From the NCBI GenBank assembly GCA_036172245.1, contig JAYWIR010000032.1:2108001-2172000 (forward strand): a stretch of DNA of 64,000 nucleotides, written 5' to 3'. Below are positions 44,201 through 56,337 of this stretch, piece by piece. Numbering within the stretch: position 1 is the stretch's first letter; the number at the start of each line of letters is the position of its first letter. The DNA is from Raillietiella orientalis. Taxonomy: Eukaryota. The notes beneath the pieces were generated by a model, which was not told where the DNA came from, did not search any database, and worked only from the letters and a program-made list of their open reading frames with translations. The position numbers and the translations under genes are program-made.

Positions 44201-46399
44201 TATCCGTAAAAAAGGCATCCATATTATAATCCCAAGCTTCATTCTTTGCTCTTGATATATAGTCTTATGAAAAATTTACGATAAATTTGTTGTTTAACAA
44301 ATTTCACACTCGGTTTGAAATTTTAAACCTTGTACATAAGTGCACTCAGACGTTCACGAACATATGTTTAGATGATGCACACATTGATACTTTAAATTAC
44401 TTGCAGTACATGTGTAGTATATTGTGCATATGTGTACACATCCGTTAGTTTTCCTTTCATGCTTTATTATCCCCAATTCGAGAATTTTGGTGCTTGTCAA
44501 AATTAACGATCAAATGTACAATTCAAAGTCCGGATTTTTATTTTGAAACTAGATTGCTTCTTTGACTGAGCAAGCATAGTTGGGGATCTTTAACATTGGA
44601 GACAGTTATTTCATTTTGATAAGAAAAACGTAAGCTAAGTCAACTGTACTTTTCTCCAAATTATTTTAAAGTATCTTCAAAGAATACTGAGCTTTATCCC
44701 CGTCAATAGGGTTTTAGCCCTGCCGAGTGTTTATAGCTTTGAGACATTAGGCATTATAGCACTTTCGGCATGCTCATTGCTCAGTTTAGTCGTCATCAAT
44801 AGTTCAATGGTATTCGTTCCGTCTGTTATTCGTTAGATCCGATATTCGTTAGATTTTTTTCGTCTTCCTCTTAAAATAATAAAATCTTCAATAGGTTTTT
44901 TTTTTTAAAAATGTTGTTCATTACAAATATGTGTGATGGAGTTTCAATGATTGAAATGTAGAACAAAGTAGTCTTTGAACATCACTTCAGCTTATGTTTC
45001 CGTTTAGAAAGAAACTATTTACTCATAATCATTTATTTTCCACTCCATTTGATGCAACATTAGCATGCATTCGCACTATACTACTCCTAAGAAATGGCAG
45101 GATTCTTTCTTTCCTTTACTTTGTAGCAACTGAACGAGTACTTGAAACATCAGGTGTCCTTAATAAATAAATGTTAAGCTTTTATTTTAAACGTGTATCC
45201 GGCAGTCTTATGAAAGCTTCATCTTTAATAAAGAAATTTTTGTAAATATAAAATTATCCACAATTGATGAAAATAAATCCTATCAAAGCATCAAGATGCT
45301 TATTAATTCAGGATTCTACAATTCCCAAAGCAATAATAGATAGTGAATCTCTATGCCTTTTCTGGGGTATTTAAAAGGAAAAATCCTTCTATAATGATCT
45401 CAAGTAAAATTGATGTAAAAATTGTTTTCTTTTGGAGCTGCCTTTCGAATATTGTGTTTCTTAAATTCAAAGTTATTGGGAATGATTCAATTTTCAAGAA
45501 TCTTCAAGGGTGATTAATTATTTTTTGAGTTTTTTATGGTAATGGCAAGGACATCTATTCTAGTAAGATCACTGAGCTTCAGGCATTTTTCGTTGATGTT
45601 GTCTCAAATATGGCTAAATATACAAAAATCTTACGGATTTAGGATTCTGCTTCGTTTATATGCAACTTTGCACCGGATATTATATCTTCGTTTCCTAATT
45701 TAACGTTCCCATTTTCTTTGTGAGAATGCAGAATTCGTTTCACGGTGTTTACTGCTTTGGATTGCTCTTCGTGTGACCTCATTTCGAATATTATTTGCGT
45801 TATGCATGGGACCCTTCTATTACATCGGAAACACGTTTTGAGTCTGTCACAGTTTGCTTGAAAAATTTCTTATATTGAAGGACAATGGTGCAAAAAGAAT
45901 TTCAAAATTCTTTCCTTGCGTCTCCCCTGCCAAGAACAATTGAACAAAACTGGCATCACCGAAAAGCATGGTTGCAAAGTGGATTTAATGACTTAAGTCA
46001 CGAAATGTGTCCTTTTTTTTGCATTCTTTGTTTTTTTGCTCGCGGACTAGTGTGAATTTGGATAATCGAGCCTCGATAATTTGATTCAGCACTGGGAAAG
46101 CCCAACAGCTTTAGAGGGAGATCTACTTGGCCTCCGAGTTCGCGGCAACCAGTAGAGCGTTGAGCCTTCAGTAGAGCGTTGTTTTCAAGTTCGTTCAATT
46201 TCTACATCGGACAACTCCAGTGTTTGCATTGCCAAATAGGAAACCAGGAAATACTGCAACAAGATGCAAAGCATGGGAAATATGTGTAACTTTTGCGAAG
46301 TATATGTAACTTAGTATATGCAGCAACATGGGTACATGTTAGGATATGTAATCAGTACTCCGAGAATTTGATCGTGCAAGAATTTTTGTGCCAAAAAAA

Positions 46400-48469
46400 A
46401 TGTCGGACACTTGGAATGATATTCAGGCCTTCAAAATAAAACAACTGAGTCTGAAGGAACGATTGCAAACGAGGAAAAAAAAGAGAGAATGTTTCCTAAA
46501 TTCAGCAAACACCTTGAGTGGTAGGCAAAAGAACTCTTGACAAACTATCCACTATGCTATCCACTATGTGAAATTCTTAATTTTTGTGTATATTTTAGAA
46601 GTACCAAGTAATCTCAAAACTGAAAAAGAAAGCAACAGAACCATAATTGAACAAGGTAGTTCTTAATTTGTTGTAGAACATTGCATGCTTGGATGACATA
46701 GTTGAGGATCATTTGCATTTTGGGTTGTTTTTTCAGAAATATTATGTCATCATCACACAAATGTAGAAGTAGAAAAGCAGCTTCTCCAGTGTTTGTGTGA
46801 TGCGTTGTTGATTTTGCCTACAGATTCGCATGTTCTCACTAAAGCTGTTTCACAGTGTTTAACAGAAAATGTCCCCCATATAGTGGTCGAAAACTTGTTG
46901 CAAAAATTTGCAGCCCAGACTCTGATAAGGTAAGTTAAGCCATTGGTGTACTTGTTATTTACTACTATCAGTTATTGGATAGCATTGAGGAAAGCAGTTT
47001 ACCTGACGGTAAACCTTCCATCACAGTTGTGGCAACTGAGCATGCTCGTCTAACTGCAGTGGCACATGATCTAAATACTTCTCTTAGTAGTGATGGTACA
47101 GATTTTCCAAAAAGACAGCGCATTGATGACAGCAAATCGGAATTTTATAAAAGCTTACAAAGTAAAGAAGAAAAACTTCCAAATAAAGATGAGGATATTT
47201 TGGTAGTCAGATAATGTGAATATATTAACATTACATACTTAATATACATACCAGAGCCTTCTTGCTATGCCTACCATCAAGGAAAAGGAAAACAAGAAAG
47301 TTGGAGAGGAAATTTTGGAGCTTCTTAGTAAGCCAACTGCCAAAGAAGTATCCATGACTGAGCGTTTCAAGTCTCAGAGTACACATGTGAAAGAGTTCTG
47401 TTCCTATGGCACTAGAAGTGAATGTGATCAGAGTCGGACAGAAAAGATTTGCCATAAACTGCATTTTAGGAAAATCATTCAAAAGCATACAGATGAAAGT
47501 TTGGGAGATTGCTCATTTCTCAACACGTGTTTCCATATGGATACTTGCAAGTGAGTTTTTTTTTATTTGCTTGACAGAAGGTCACAGTCCTGTAGGTATG
47601 TCCATTATGAGGTTGATGCTAGTGGTATAGATTCATGCAAACAGATAACTAATAAAAAAGACAAAGATATCCCTCGAACTCCCCTTAGTCAGGATATTAC
47701 TGTCCTCATCAAACCACAGTGGATCCAGTGTGATCTTAGATATTTTGATATGACCATTTTAGGTAATTTCACTTTATTAATAAATACATATAAAACCCAT
47801 AAAGGAAAGTTTGCTGTGGTTATGGCTGATCCACCATGGGATATTCATATGGAGCTTCCATATGGTACCATGTCTGATGATGAAATGCGTGCTCTCAATG
47901 TGCCATGCCTTCAGGATGAAGGCCTTATTTTTCTGTGGGTCACTGGCAGGTATGTACATCACCAGAAACATGGTATTATTGAGTTTGTAGAGCTATGGAA
48001 CTGGGAAGAGAGTGCCTTATTTTATGGGGCTACCAAAGAGTGGATGAGCTCATCTGGGTTAAAACAAATCAGTTGCAGCGTATAATTCGAACTGGACGTA
48101 CAGGTCACTGGTTGAATCATGGTAAAGAGCACTGTCTGGTTAGTAGATGCTGATACTGAGATTTAAAACTTAAATTTATAGGTAGGCATGAAGGGCAATC
48201 CAAATACAATGAATCGAGGTCTTGACTGTGATGTGCTGGTGGCTGAGGTTCGAGCAACCAGCCATAAACCTGATGAGATTTATGGGATCATTGAACGATT
48301 GTCTCCAGGAACACGCAAAATTGAACTGTTTGGTAGAGAACATAATGTCCAGCCTAACTGGATTACACTGGGAAATCAGTTACCTGGAGTCCAACTTCTG
48401 GATCCTGAGTTAGCAAAAGCATTTAAGGCACGTTACCCTGAGGGAACAGCCATGATGAAGCAAAACTAG
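46400..48469 (+). CDS. METTL3: N6-adenosine-methyltransferase catalytic subunit (m6A writer, MT-A70/Ime4)
   Basis: N-terminus [27 protein letters not shown] fingers (EFC...[34 protein letters not shown]); catalytic [69 protein letters not shown]. About 9 exons with short introns. Confidence 0.97.
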
Positions 48470-48559
48470 AAGTGAAACTTTCAAACATGCAGAATACTTT
48501 AATTTATGCTATAAAAAACATGAATGCAAAATCTAAATGCTAAGTGTTTATGTTAAGCA

Positions 48560-49361
48560 TCATGTTACTGCTTTTCTTTTGTCTGGATTCCAGACATGAA
48601 TTTTTTCTCGAGTTGTGGTGTATGGCACATATGCCTTTCTTGTTCCTGTGGGATTTTCTGTTTGAGGTGGCCCCCATGGGTAAATTGTTGCAGGTTTCTT
48701 ATCAAAGAGGGCAAATCAAGATCATATATTTAAAAATGCAACAGCACAACTTACAACAGTTGGGGGCTCATCACACATGTAATGAAGCCATCCATGCCAT
48801 TCCGGGGACACCTGACTTGCATCATACCATAAACCTACACTGTCTGAATAATCCACCCATCGGCTTTTACCTAATCTGCACATTCTTATTGAATTTCTCA
48901 TTCAAGTCTCACCAATTGGGTATCTTCGGTTTTCATAATATTTATTCCCAAGCTGATCAGTTCCAACTAAGGTCCCAAGTTTGAGATCATCATTCCTAGA
49001 GGTTCATTCTAAATTAGCTTAAGGATAGTCACTTCTGTATAAAACATTACAACAAACATCCTCTTAACTGCATTTACTAATTGGGGATTTAAAAATACAC
49101 TCTTAAAACACCTGCAATTCGTTTTAAATTTTAAAACGAACTGTAAAATCTGCAAATTGTTTTTGCATTACACGATACTTGTGTTCTTTTGGATTCGGAT
49201 GGGTAGCAAACACAGAAACGGGGTCGCTTATTAGTGAAATACAAATTAAATGCTCACCTATAGTATTTGTATGCTGCGTTCTTGAGACCGCCATGCAAGC
49301 GCACCATATCATATAGTCTTTTGATTTTATCGAAACCGAAAAACTTGACAAAACTCTCCAT
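48560..49361 (-). CDS. NDUFA12: NADH dehydrogenase (ubiquinone) 1 alpha subcomplex subunit 12 (B17.2); not represented in the ORF track
   Basis: Four exons (49361-49258, ~48995-48913, ~48870-48755, ~48697-48560) splice to MESFVKFFGFDKIKRLYDMVRLHGGLKNAAYKYYR-NDDLKLGTLVGTDQLGNKYYENRRYPIG-KSRWVDYSDSVGLWYDASQVSPEWHGWLHYMCDEPPT...ENPTGTRKAYVPYTTTREKIHVWNP. These are hallmark NDUFA12 motifs. Confidence 0.93.
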
Positions 49362-50204
49362 CTTTTGCATTGACTATCAAATCCTATTACTGACCGTGGA
49401 GGGCCATGCAGTAACTCCGTTTGTCCTTTCGAAAATTGCCAAATACGAATCTTGCCGAAACCTGTGCTCCTTTCGAACAATCGGGGAAGATGGGATTCAC
49501 GATCTGATCTCGAGATGCGTCGCACACGCACACACGGCAACAGGACGGGAGGAGCACAGCCGTGTTGGATGCTCAGCTGTCCGTTCCTGCGCTGTAAACA
49601 TTCCGTTTCGCACAGCTCTTCCACCCGTAGGCAAAAATAAGGTGCCAAGTGATGCAGATAAATACGGCGCCGGTGCACACACAAAGCTCTTTTACTCGCT
49701 ATAAAAACAAAACAGACATCTATGAACTTGGAACTTCCAAGAAGGCCCAAACACGTGCACAACGACACTGTATGAACGCCAGTGGCAAGGTGGCTTTTTT
49801 TTTTCTTCTTCTAAGAGTTCCATCTATTTGAACTGCTCAGCAATTAGGAAGCATTCAGAAGCATCACAAAGTGTAAGAAAGATACGGACGCAATTTTTTC
49901 CTAGAGATTCGTAGAGATTTTGCAAAATGAACCACTTGCTCCAGGATGCGACTGTTACACACAAACACACAATTTGAATGAATTTCGTAAAGTAGTTTTA
50001 AGGTGAAGTACAACGTGAGATACTACCTAAAATGCGTGCTCATTTAAAAGTAGGAAAAGTATGACATTTTCATCGTCTCAAGTAAGAGTTCAGTGGTTGC
50101 CTCGTTTTCACCAAAGCCGGGTTAGTAATTCTGTTTTCAATTTCTTTTCTGATTAGTAACACGCTTTCCTATACAATTTCAGCCTCACAAGATTTCAATT
50201 ACGT

Positions 50205-50970
50205 CTGTAGCGCCAAGATCACCACCAACTTGCAATTTGGATCACGAGCCGGCTGAAAAATGCTGCGACCTCAAGTGTTCCACCGAATGGACTATTGGCC
50301 GGGGAGAGCTGCTGGGAATCCTTCTTTAAGACCTCGAGTGGCCCTCAATGCTGAAGAATAACCAGACGTCCCCTGAAGTGGCAAGAGTAGGCATTTCTGG
50401 TGTTGCACTGGGGTCTCCCCAACAACGCCCGCCGATCTCACTGGACTCGGGGGATCTGTGGACCCAAACTGCTCCATATGCGGGGAACGGGAATCACTCC
50501 CGCACCTCTTAGTTGACTGTGTTGCCCTCCGGCCCCTTTGGGAACGTTTCGGTACGACCCTAGGGATCGTGGAAGGTAGCCCTCCTAGAGACGTTTTTCG
50601 GCTTTTCTTCGTGCGGGACGCCCTGCAGCCAGTCGCTGTCGTAGCAGCGTTCAGCTGCATCCGCGGTATCATGGCAGCTTGGAGTGAATCCGACGAAGCA
50701 GAAGATGTCGGCATCCTGCAAAGGATGGAAACTCCACGCAGCGGACAGTGATCCCTTCCCGGTCCTCCAAAGAACTATGGTTTTTTGTGTTTTCAGTTTC
50801 CTGTATTTTTTGTTTTTGTTTTCCCCATCCCCCTCCGCTGACGTGGAGTGTCAAGTCGGTCTGTGCACCGACAAGCCGGCAGCTCCCTATGTTTTATTGG
50901 CCGCAGAGGGGCCTTGTACCACAAATACCGAAAGTTTTTTAATAAACGCCCCGGCTTGACCGGGTGAAAA
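50205..50970 (+). mobile_element. Fragment A: 5'-truncated LINE 3' end (ORF2 C-terminal Cys/His domain plus 3' UTR)
   Basis: DPNCSICGERESLPHLLVDC motif; homologous to 55420-56334; ends AATAAA-cgccccggcttgaccgggtg at 50941-50966. Confidence 0.88.
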
Positions 50971-53292
50971 TGTCGAAACAAACATTTCGCACCGCCCCCG
51001 CCACCCTGCCCCGGACAAGGAATGCTACTCCGCGGGTATTCTGGGAGCCTGACCTCCAATGGAGTGTCCCTCCTGCGCGAACTGCCAGATCGACCGCTTG
51101 CTGTTCGGAGAGTGCGTGAATCTCCTGCAGCAGGGTCAGATCGAAGTCGCGCAAGACGTTAGCTACCAATCGCCTCTTCTCGTTGTCCTGCAGCCCGTTG
51201 ACGTTCCAACAGGCCACTCGGACGCGACGAGAAGATGCGAGTCCGCGCATTGCTGCTATGGACATGGAGGTGCGTTCCTCGCCCCGTCCGGCGAGTCATC
51301 AGCCGGGAGCACGGCGGATGTGGGAGCGGAAGGGCTCCCTGTCTCGGCCGCGCCGCTCGCGGCTGGCTCGGTGGAGTCGAGGACCATTGCCTCGGGCTCC
51401 GAGGAGCATCGGGAACCGTTCCCGGCATCAGGCTCTTGCCTGGCAAGTTTCGGCTTGCGCGCAGCCCTGACCTTGACCGGGGCTTGGGGAGCCTTAGCGC
51501 TGCCCTCGGACTCCACCTCGGAGTCCGAATTCCGCGCGCGCGGCGGGCGTTTCGCCTGCCTCTTCTTCTGCTGGCAGCTCGGAGCTGACCCAGCATTCTT
51601 GGAGAGCGCCTTCGGCGCCGTTCCCCCTTTCGGAGTCGCGGCGTCGGCAGCTGCCCTCTCGCCGCAGGTGTTTGCGACGGCGCGCGCGGCGGCAGCGGAG
51701 GCTTTTTCTTGCGCCTTCCTTGGCGCGCGGGGCTGCCTCTTAACCCCGCCTACCTTAATAATTGGAAAGTGCGAAGGATCGCGCGGTTAGCGCTCCTTCT
51801 TCCTTCCCCCAACGGAGGTCCAGCCAACCTCGTCGCCCTCGGGTTTGCCTCGGTTCGGCGCGAGGGCTTCCAGGGTCCTTCGCATCCTCTCCAAGGCCTC
51901 CGATGCGGCGATGGCGGTCTGTGCGTCCGTCGCCACGTCTGCCTTTTGCACCTCCTTACCGGAAGGTGCGGACAGAGTGACAGGATTCTTGGAGGTCGCA
52001 CGAGGCTTTTCAGCCTTTGCCGCTGATCGACTCGCCGTGGCCGGCTTGCCTTTCGCGGGCAAAGGGGCGCGCGACCCCTTTTTCGTTGCTCCGGTGGACT
52101 TCTCGGGCGTGCCACCGCTATTTCTCTCTGGAGCGAGAGCGGACGGAAGCGGCGCTTTTGCAGTCTGCCCGATGTTTTTTTCAGACTGCTTCGCTTGGGG
52201 CTTGTTTGTAGCAGCTTGGAGAAGCTTTTTGTCCTTTCGCGCGGGCTTTTGGGGAGCATTGCTCCGAGAATCGCCCGCGCAAGCGGACTTTTCACTTCTC
52301 CGCTGAGAATGCTCGTTCGCGCCTGATTTCTTCCCCGACGACGGGGCGGATGGAGTCGGCGCGGACGGCGATGTTGCGGGGAGGTTTCTCGCCCTCCTCT
52401 TTCGTTTCAGCTCGGCGCACTCGTTAATCGAGTGGCCGAGCAGTTTGCAGTATCGGCAACTGCGTGTTGGGCACTTCCGCGGACGGTGGCCCTCCTTCCC
52501 GCAGTTGTTGCAAGCAGGGGTTTGCCCGGCAAACCGGAGATAGACGACGACGTCACCGAGGAGGATCTGCGAAGGCATGAGCCTCCGGTCGTCCATGGTG
52601 ACGCGCGCCGTCGCGAGTCCGCAAGAGAGGCGCGCGACTTTATGGATCGGATTCGCACGCCCATACATCGCGTGCACTGTGGCGAACGCCTCGAGTGCAA
52701 CAATGATGTCGCGGTCCGTTATTCTCGGCCGAATGCCCGAGAGCTGGACCACGAACGATTGGTCCAGGGCCGAGGGGACGACCTCCTTACCCCTGATTTT
52801 CAGGGGGGTTCGCAGTAGGCGCTGGACGAGGGCTGCATTTTTGCAGTGCACCTCCCAATGACCTACCGCGCTCACCGGCATTAATGCCAGGAGATCGTCC
52901 TCTCGGACCTCGACGCGTTCCAGTTCGCTCCAGAGCTGGTCTCCCGTCCCATCCCGGTAGGCGGCACTGACCTTGCAGGCCAGAGGGGGATTGTAGCCGT
53001 TTGCGGCGTACGCCCGTAGCTCTGCCTCGTCCGGTGGGGCTCCGTGAGCCGCCGCTGCCTTAGCAACGGCGGCAAAACTTCTCGCTGGAGGCGAGGGACG
53101 ATCGGTGGAGGCTTTCACTCCTTCCGAAGAAGGTCCTGCAGCGCAGGGGGGTTCCTCCACCTCCATGCAAGCAGTTGTTGGCTTTATTTTCATTCGAAAA
53201 TTGCACACCACACCCAAAAGGAACAGCCGCAAAAAACACCAAAGACGGAGCGCAAGAATGCACGTCCGAACAATAAGGAGGGCGGCTATTTG
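50967..53292 (-). mobile_element. Fragment B: LINE 5' UTR, complete ORF1 and start of ORF2 endonuclease, truncated at the junction with A
   Basis: ORF1 with two CCHC knuckles; ORF2 from ATG 51265 has WNVNGL, LLQEIH, RGVAFL and breaks after NVCFD. Confidence 0.9.
51256..53232 (-). pseudogene. Tx1-like ORF1 (gag-like nucleic-acid-binding protein with 2 CCHC zinc knuckles and a long basic low-complexity tail), interrupted by one in-frame TAA at 51787-51789
   Basis: CNNCGKEGHRPRKC and CRYCKLLGHSINEC. The frame stays open after the TAA down to 51256, overlapping the ORF2 ATG at 51265. Confidence 0.85.
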
Positions 53293-53737
53293 TCACCCGG
53301 GTGCGCCAAAGCGTTTATTAAAAACTATCCGGGAACAGAGTTCCCGGACAAAGGAAACACAAGAGACGAAGGGGATGGGATCCCCGACACGCAGGTCGGT
53401 AAACGGAAAGTCCGGAACGGGAGGGAGGGGACCACAAATACACTACTATAAAAAATAAAAATATGGAGGGCAGAGGACAGGGGTCTTTGCTTCCGCCGTT
53501 CCTTCCTTTCAGAACCGGCGATGGATGCCGGCGAACTCTCTCCTCACGCTCTCTGGTAGGTGGGCCGACGACATGCTTGCGCTGGCTAATCCTCAGGGCT
53601 GACGAAGGATGGCCAGCTTCTTCAACTCTCGGTGGGCCTTGTCGATGGCGCGGGTGCAACACACGGTTGCAACGACAGCACCCAAAGACAGGCCACCTGG
53701 CGTGAAGAAGCGGCGCATCAAGTCTCTCGCGGTGTCC
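53291..53737 (-). mobile_element. Fragment B': divergent LINE 3' end lying head-to-tail immediately upstream of B
   Basis: Minus-strand translation ARDLMRRFFTPGGLSLGAVVATVCCTRAI aligns to PRDVFRLFFVRDALQPVAVVAAFSCIRGI of fragment A; ends AATAAA-cgctttggcgcacccgggtg (53319-53294). Confidence 0.82.
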
Positions 53738-56337
53738 CCCTGGTGCAGGAGAGCTGAGGTCAGCCTCAGGGAGTAGGTTGTATTGGCGATGCGGGTACAT
53801 CAACACCTGCGGTGTCGCGTTCTTCCTAAAGCCAGCCGTCCACGCCTCCGTGAGGAACGTACGCTTCGATGACAACGGTCGTGTTGGACAGATGATTCTA
53901 TGCTGGTCCGACACGATCGATCTCATCGTTACCAAAGTGTAAGCTCCGAGCGGTAGCAAAGGGTACGCGGAAAGAACTCAGTTCTTCCAGTACCTGAAGC
54001 GCGACTGGCTGACAGATGCAGGATTGCGCAAGGCCCACCTGATAGCCGGGGACTTTAACCTCCGCCTGCTCTCAGGTGCGTGCTGCACGCAAAAGAACGT
54101 GTCGATCGAGTTGTGCTCCGCCATGCGCGCGCGCAACTTGATGGAGGGACACTCGGAAATGGAGGACAGCATCGACCACGTTTTCCTCGACCACGACCTG
54201 TGTACTCGATTCGGTAAACGAGGAAGGCTCCCGTTGACGCTGTCCGACCATTTCCGTCTGATGTTCGATGTCTGGCCACGCGATAAGGGACCCCCATCTA
54301 GGGCGTGGCGCCTACCGGGGGATTGGACGAGGCTCTTAGGTGCGGCGGATCATCTCCGCCAATTCCTCAGAGGCGTCACCCTCCGGAATCTCGAGGATTG
54401 GGACGTTTTCAAGCGTTCGGTCCGCGAGTTCTATGAGGAGTTTCCCCTGGGGCGCCTTCCCTCTGTCGGCATAGGCTGCTACGGTGCAGCCCCCGTAGCA
54501 GCCTATGCCGACGATCTTCTGCTCTTGTTGCCGATGTCCACCCCGGCAGCGGCAGTCGGAGATTTCTTCGACCTGCTTCGCTGCGGGACCGGACTGCAGG
54601 TGAACAGGGCGAAGTCGTCGGTGGTGCCAGTTGGTGCGGCGTGGGCAGGGCAGCAGGACTGGGTTTGTTTAGGGATCCCCACAGCGAGGTGCCTCAAGTA
54701 CCTTGGTGTGCCGTTGGGGGATTATTACCCTGAGGAATCGCGGTCCAGCTGCCTCCAAAAGGTTGAGACGGCGATCGGCCCGTTCCTGGAAGGCAAGTTT
54801 CACTTGCCGGAACGGGCCGCGGTTTGGAACGCCTTCGCGGCCCCCATCCTCCGCCCCTTGCTTTTCGTTTGCCCCGCCCCCGTTGAAGTGAAGAAGAGGA
54901 CGAAGCACCTCCTCCGTATCGCCCTTTGGAGCAAGGGGAGGCCCCGAGTCCCTTTGAAGGACTTGTGCGCTCCGCGTCGGGACGGTGGTCTTGGCCTCCT
55001 GACGCTGGAGCGCTTGGAAATTCAGCTGCGATGGCGCACCCTTGCCATCGCAGCAAAGATGTGGAGCACCCCTTGGTGCGTTCCGGCTCGCCTCCTTGCC
55101 AGTCGTGTGTCCCGATGCGAAGGACTCGCGTCTTTTCTTCTGTGCTCCGGTCGGAAGATCCGAAGATGCGGCCTACTGCTCGGGTGCATGGCAACCCTGG
55201 CGAAGGAGAACAGCTGGATGGTTTATAGCCCCGCCAACTCCTCCGCCTGGCTGAAGGAGACTGCTGACACCTGGGCTAAGCTAAACCAGAGGAGTGAAGA
55301 CCCCATGAATTGCCTGCGTGCCGGCCCATACACTGCCGCACCATGAGGGAAATACTTGAATTTCCCGCGGGTTGCACGTGGGCAGAGACGACCCCCCTTG
55401 CTACGCCGATGCCCTACCTCCGGAGGGCGCTTGTCGGCAGCCAGAAGCCGAGGTGGCAAGTCTCCTGCCGAATCGCAGGCAGGGAGAAGATGTTAAGCGG
55501 CTGGACCATAGGAGAACTGGCGGACGTCACGACCCCGAGCGTCCAGCCGAGAGCACTTTTGCGATGGGGCGAGCTGCTCGCAATCCCCATGGATGTGCTG
55601 AAGTAGCCCCCGGTGTTGTTTGAATCAAGGATCCTGCCCCTTAAGTGGCAAGAATCGGCGCTGCTACTGTTGCATGGGGGTTTACCCTGCAACGCACGCC
55701 GCTTCCACTGGACAAGGGGAGCGGTGGATCCTCACTGTGCCAGGTGCGGAGAGCGGGAATCGCTCTCCCACCTACTTGTTGACTGTGCTGCCCTCCGTCC
55801 CCTCTGGGAACGGTTCGGCACGACCCTCGGTCTCCCTGTGGGCAGCCAACCCAGCGACGTTCTCCGTCTTCTCTTCGTTCGGGACGCCCTTCAGCCAGCT
55901 GCAGCCGTGGCAGCACTCTGCTGTATTGGAGGCATCGTGGCGGCCTGGAGCGATACCAGCGAGGAGGGAGTGGATTCAAACGCGATGGCTGTCATCCCAT
56001 ATGCTGTTCGCTTCCTGCGGAGAGCTATTGGATGGCCCCAGATGAGAAGATTGAAGATGGACCTCGAGGGTATCCTGATAAGGATGGACCCTCCTCAAAG
56101 TGGACCGTGATTGCTTCCCTTCCCTCCAAAAACTCTTTTTTTTTTTTTCTTTGTTTTCTGGTTTATTTTTCTTTTTTTTTTTTAACCCCCCATCCCCTTC
56201 CACTGCCGAGGAGAGTCACATCGGGCTGCGTCCCGGCAGGTCCGGCATTACGTGGCCGTTAGTGGGGCCTTGTACCACATACTGTAATGACGAGTGAAAC
56301 GTTTTTTTAATAAACGTCCCGGAGTACCCGGGTGGCA
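53738..56337 (+). mobile_element. Fragment C: LINE ORF2 (APE endonuclease fused to RT C-terminal half and Cys/His domain) plus 3' UTR; internally deleted and disrupted
   Basis: LVQE, GDFN, IDH and SDH endonuclease motifs; AYADD, GLQVNRAKS, KYLGVP and GGLGL RT motifs; CARCGERESLSHLLVDC; ends AATAAA-cgtcccggagtacccgggtg (56309-56334). Confidence 0.92.

Noticed and set aside
48544..48984. 146-aa plus-strand ORF
   Set aside because: It is an antisense shadow of NDUFA12 exons.
49124..49768. 214-aa minus and 145-aa plus ORFs
   Set aside because: They overlap NDUFA12 exon 1 in other frames and its CpG-rich upstream region, and show no protein motifs.
53487..53500. 14-mer aacggcggaagcaa shared (inverted) with 58445-58458 as a displaced TSD
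   Set aside because: The 53.5-kb copy lies inside the 3' UTR of B' rather than at a junction, so it is probably coincidental.
56285..56302. Hammerhead-like tgacgagtgaaac in the 3' UTR of fragment C
   Set aside because: It lacks the C of CUGANGA, has no stem II, and is not conserved in the homologous UTRs of A and F.
50967..56337. B plus C as a single twin-priming (5'-inverted) insertion
   Set aside because: Their overlapping endonuclease segments are highly divergent, so they are different subfamilies.
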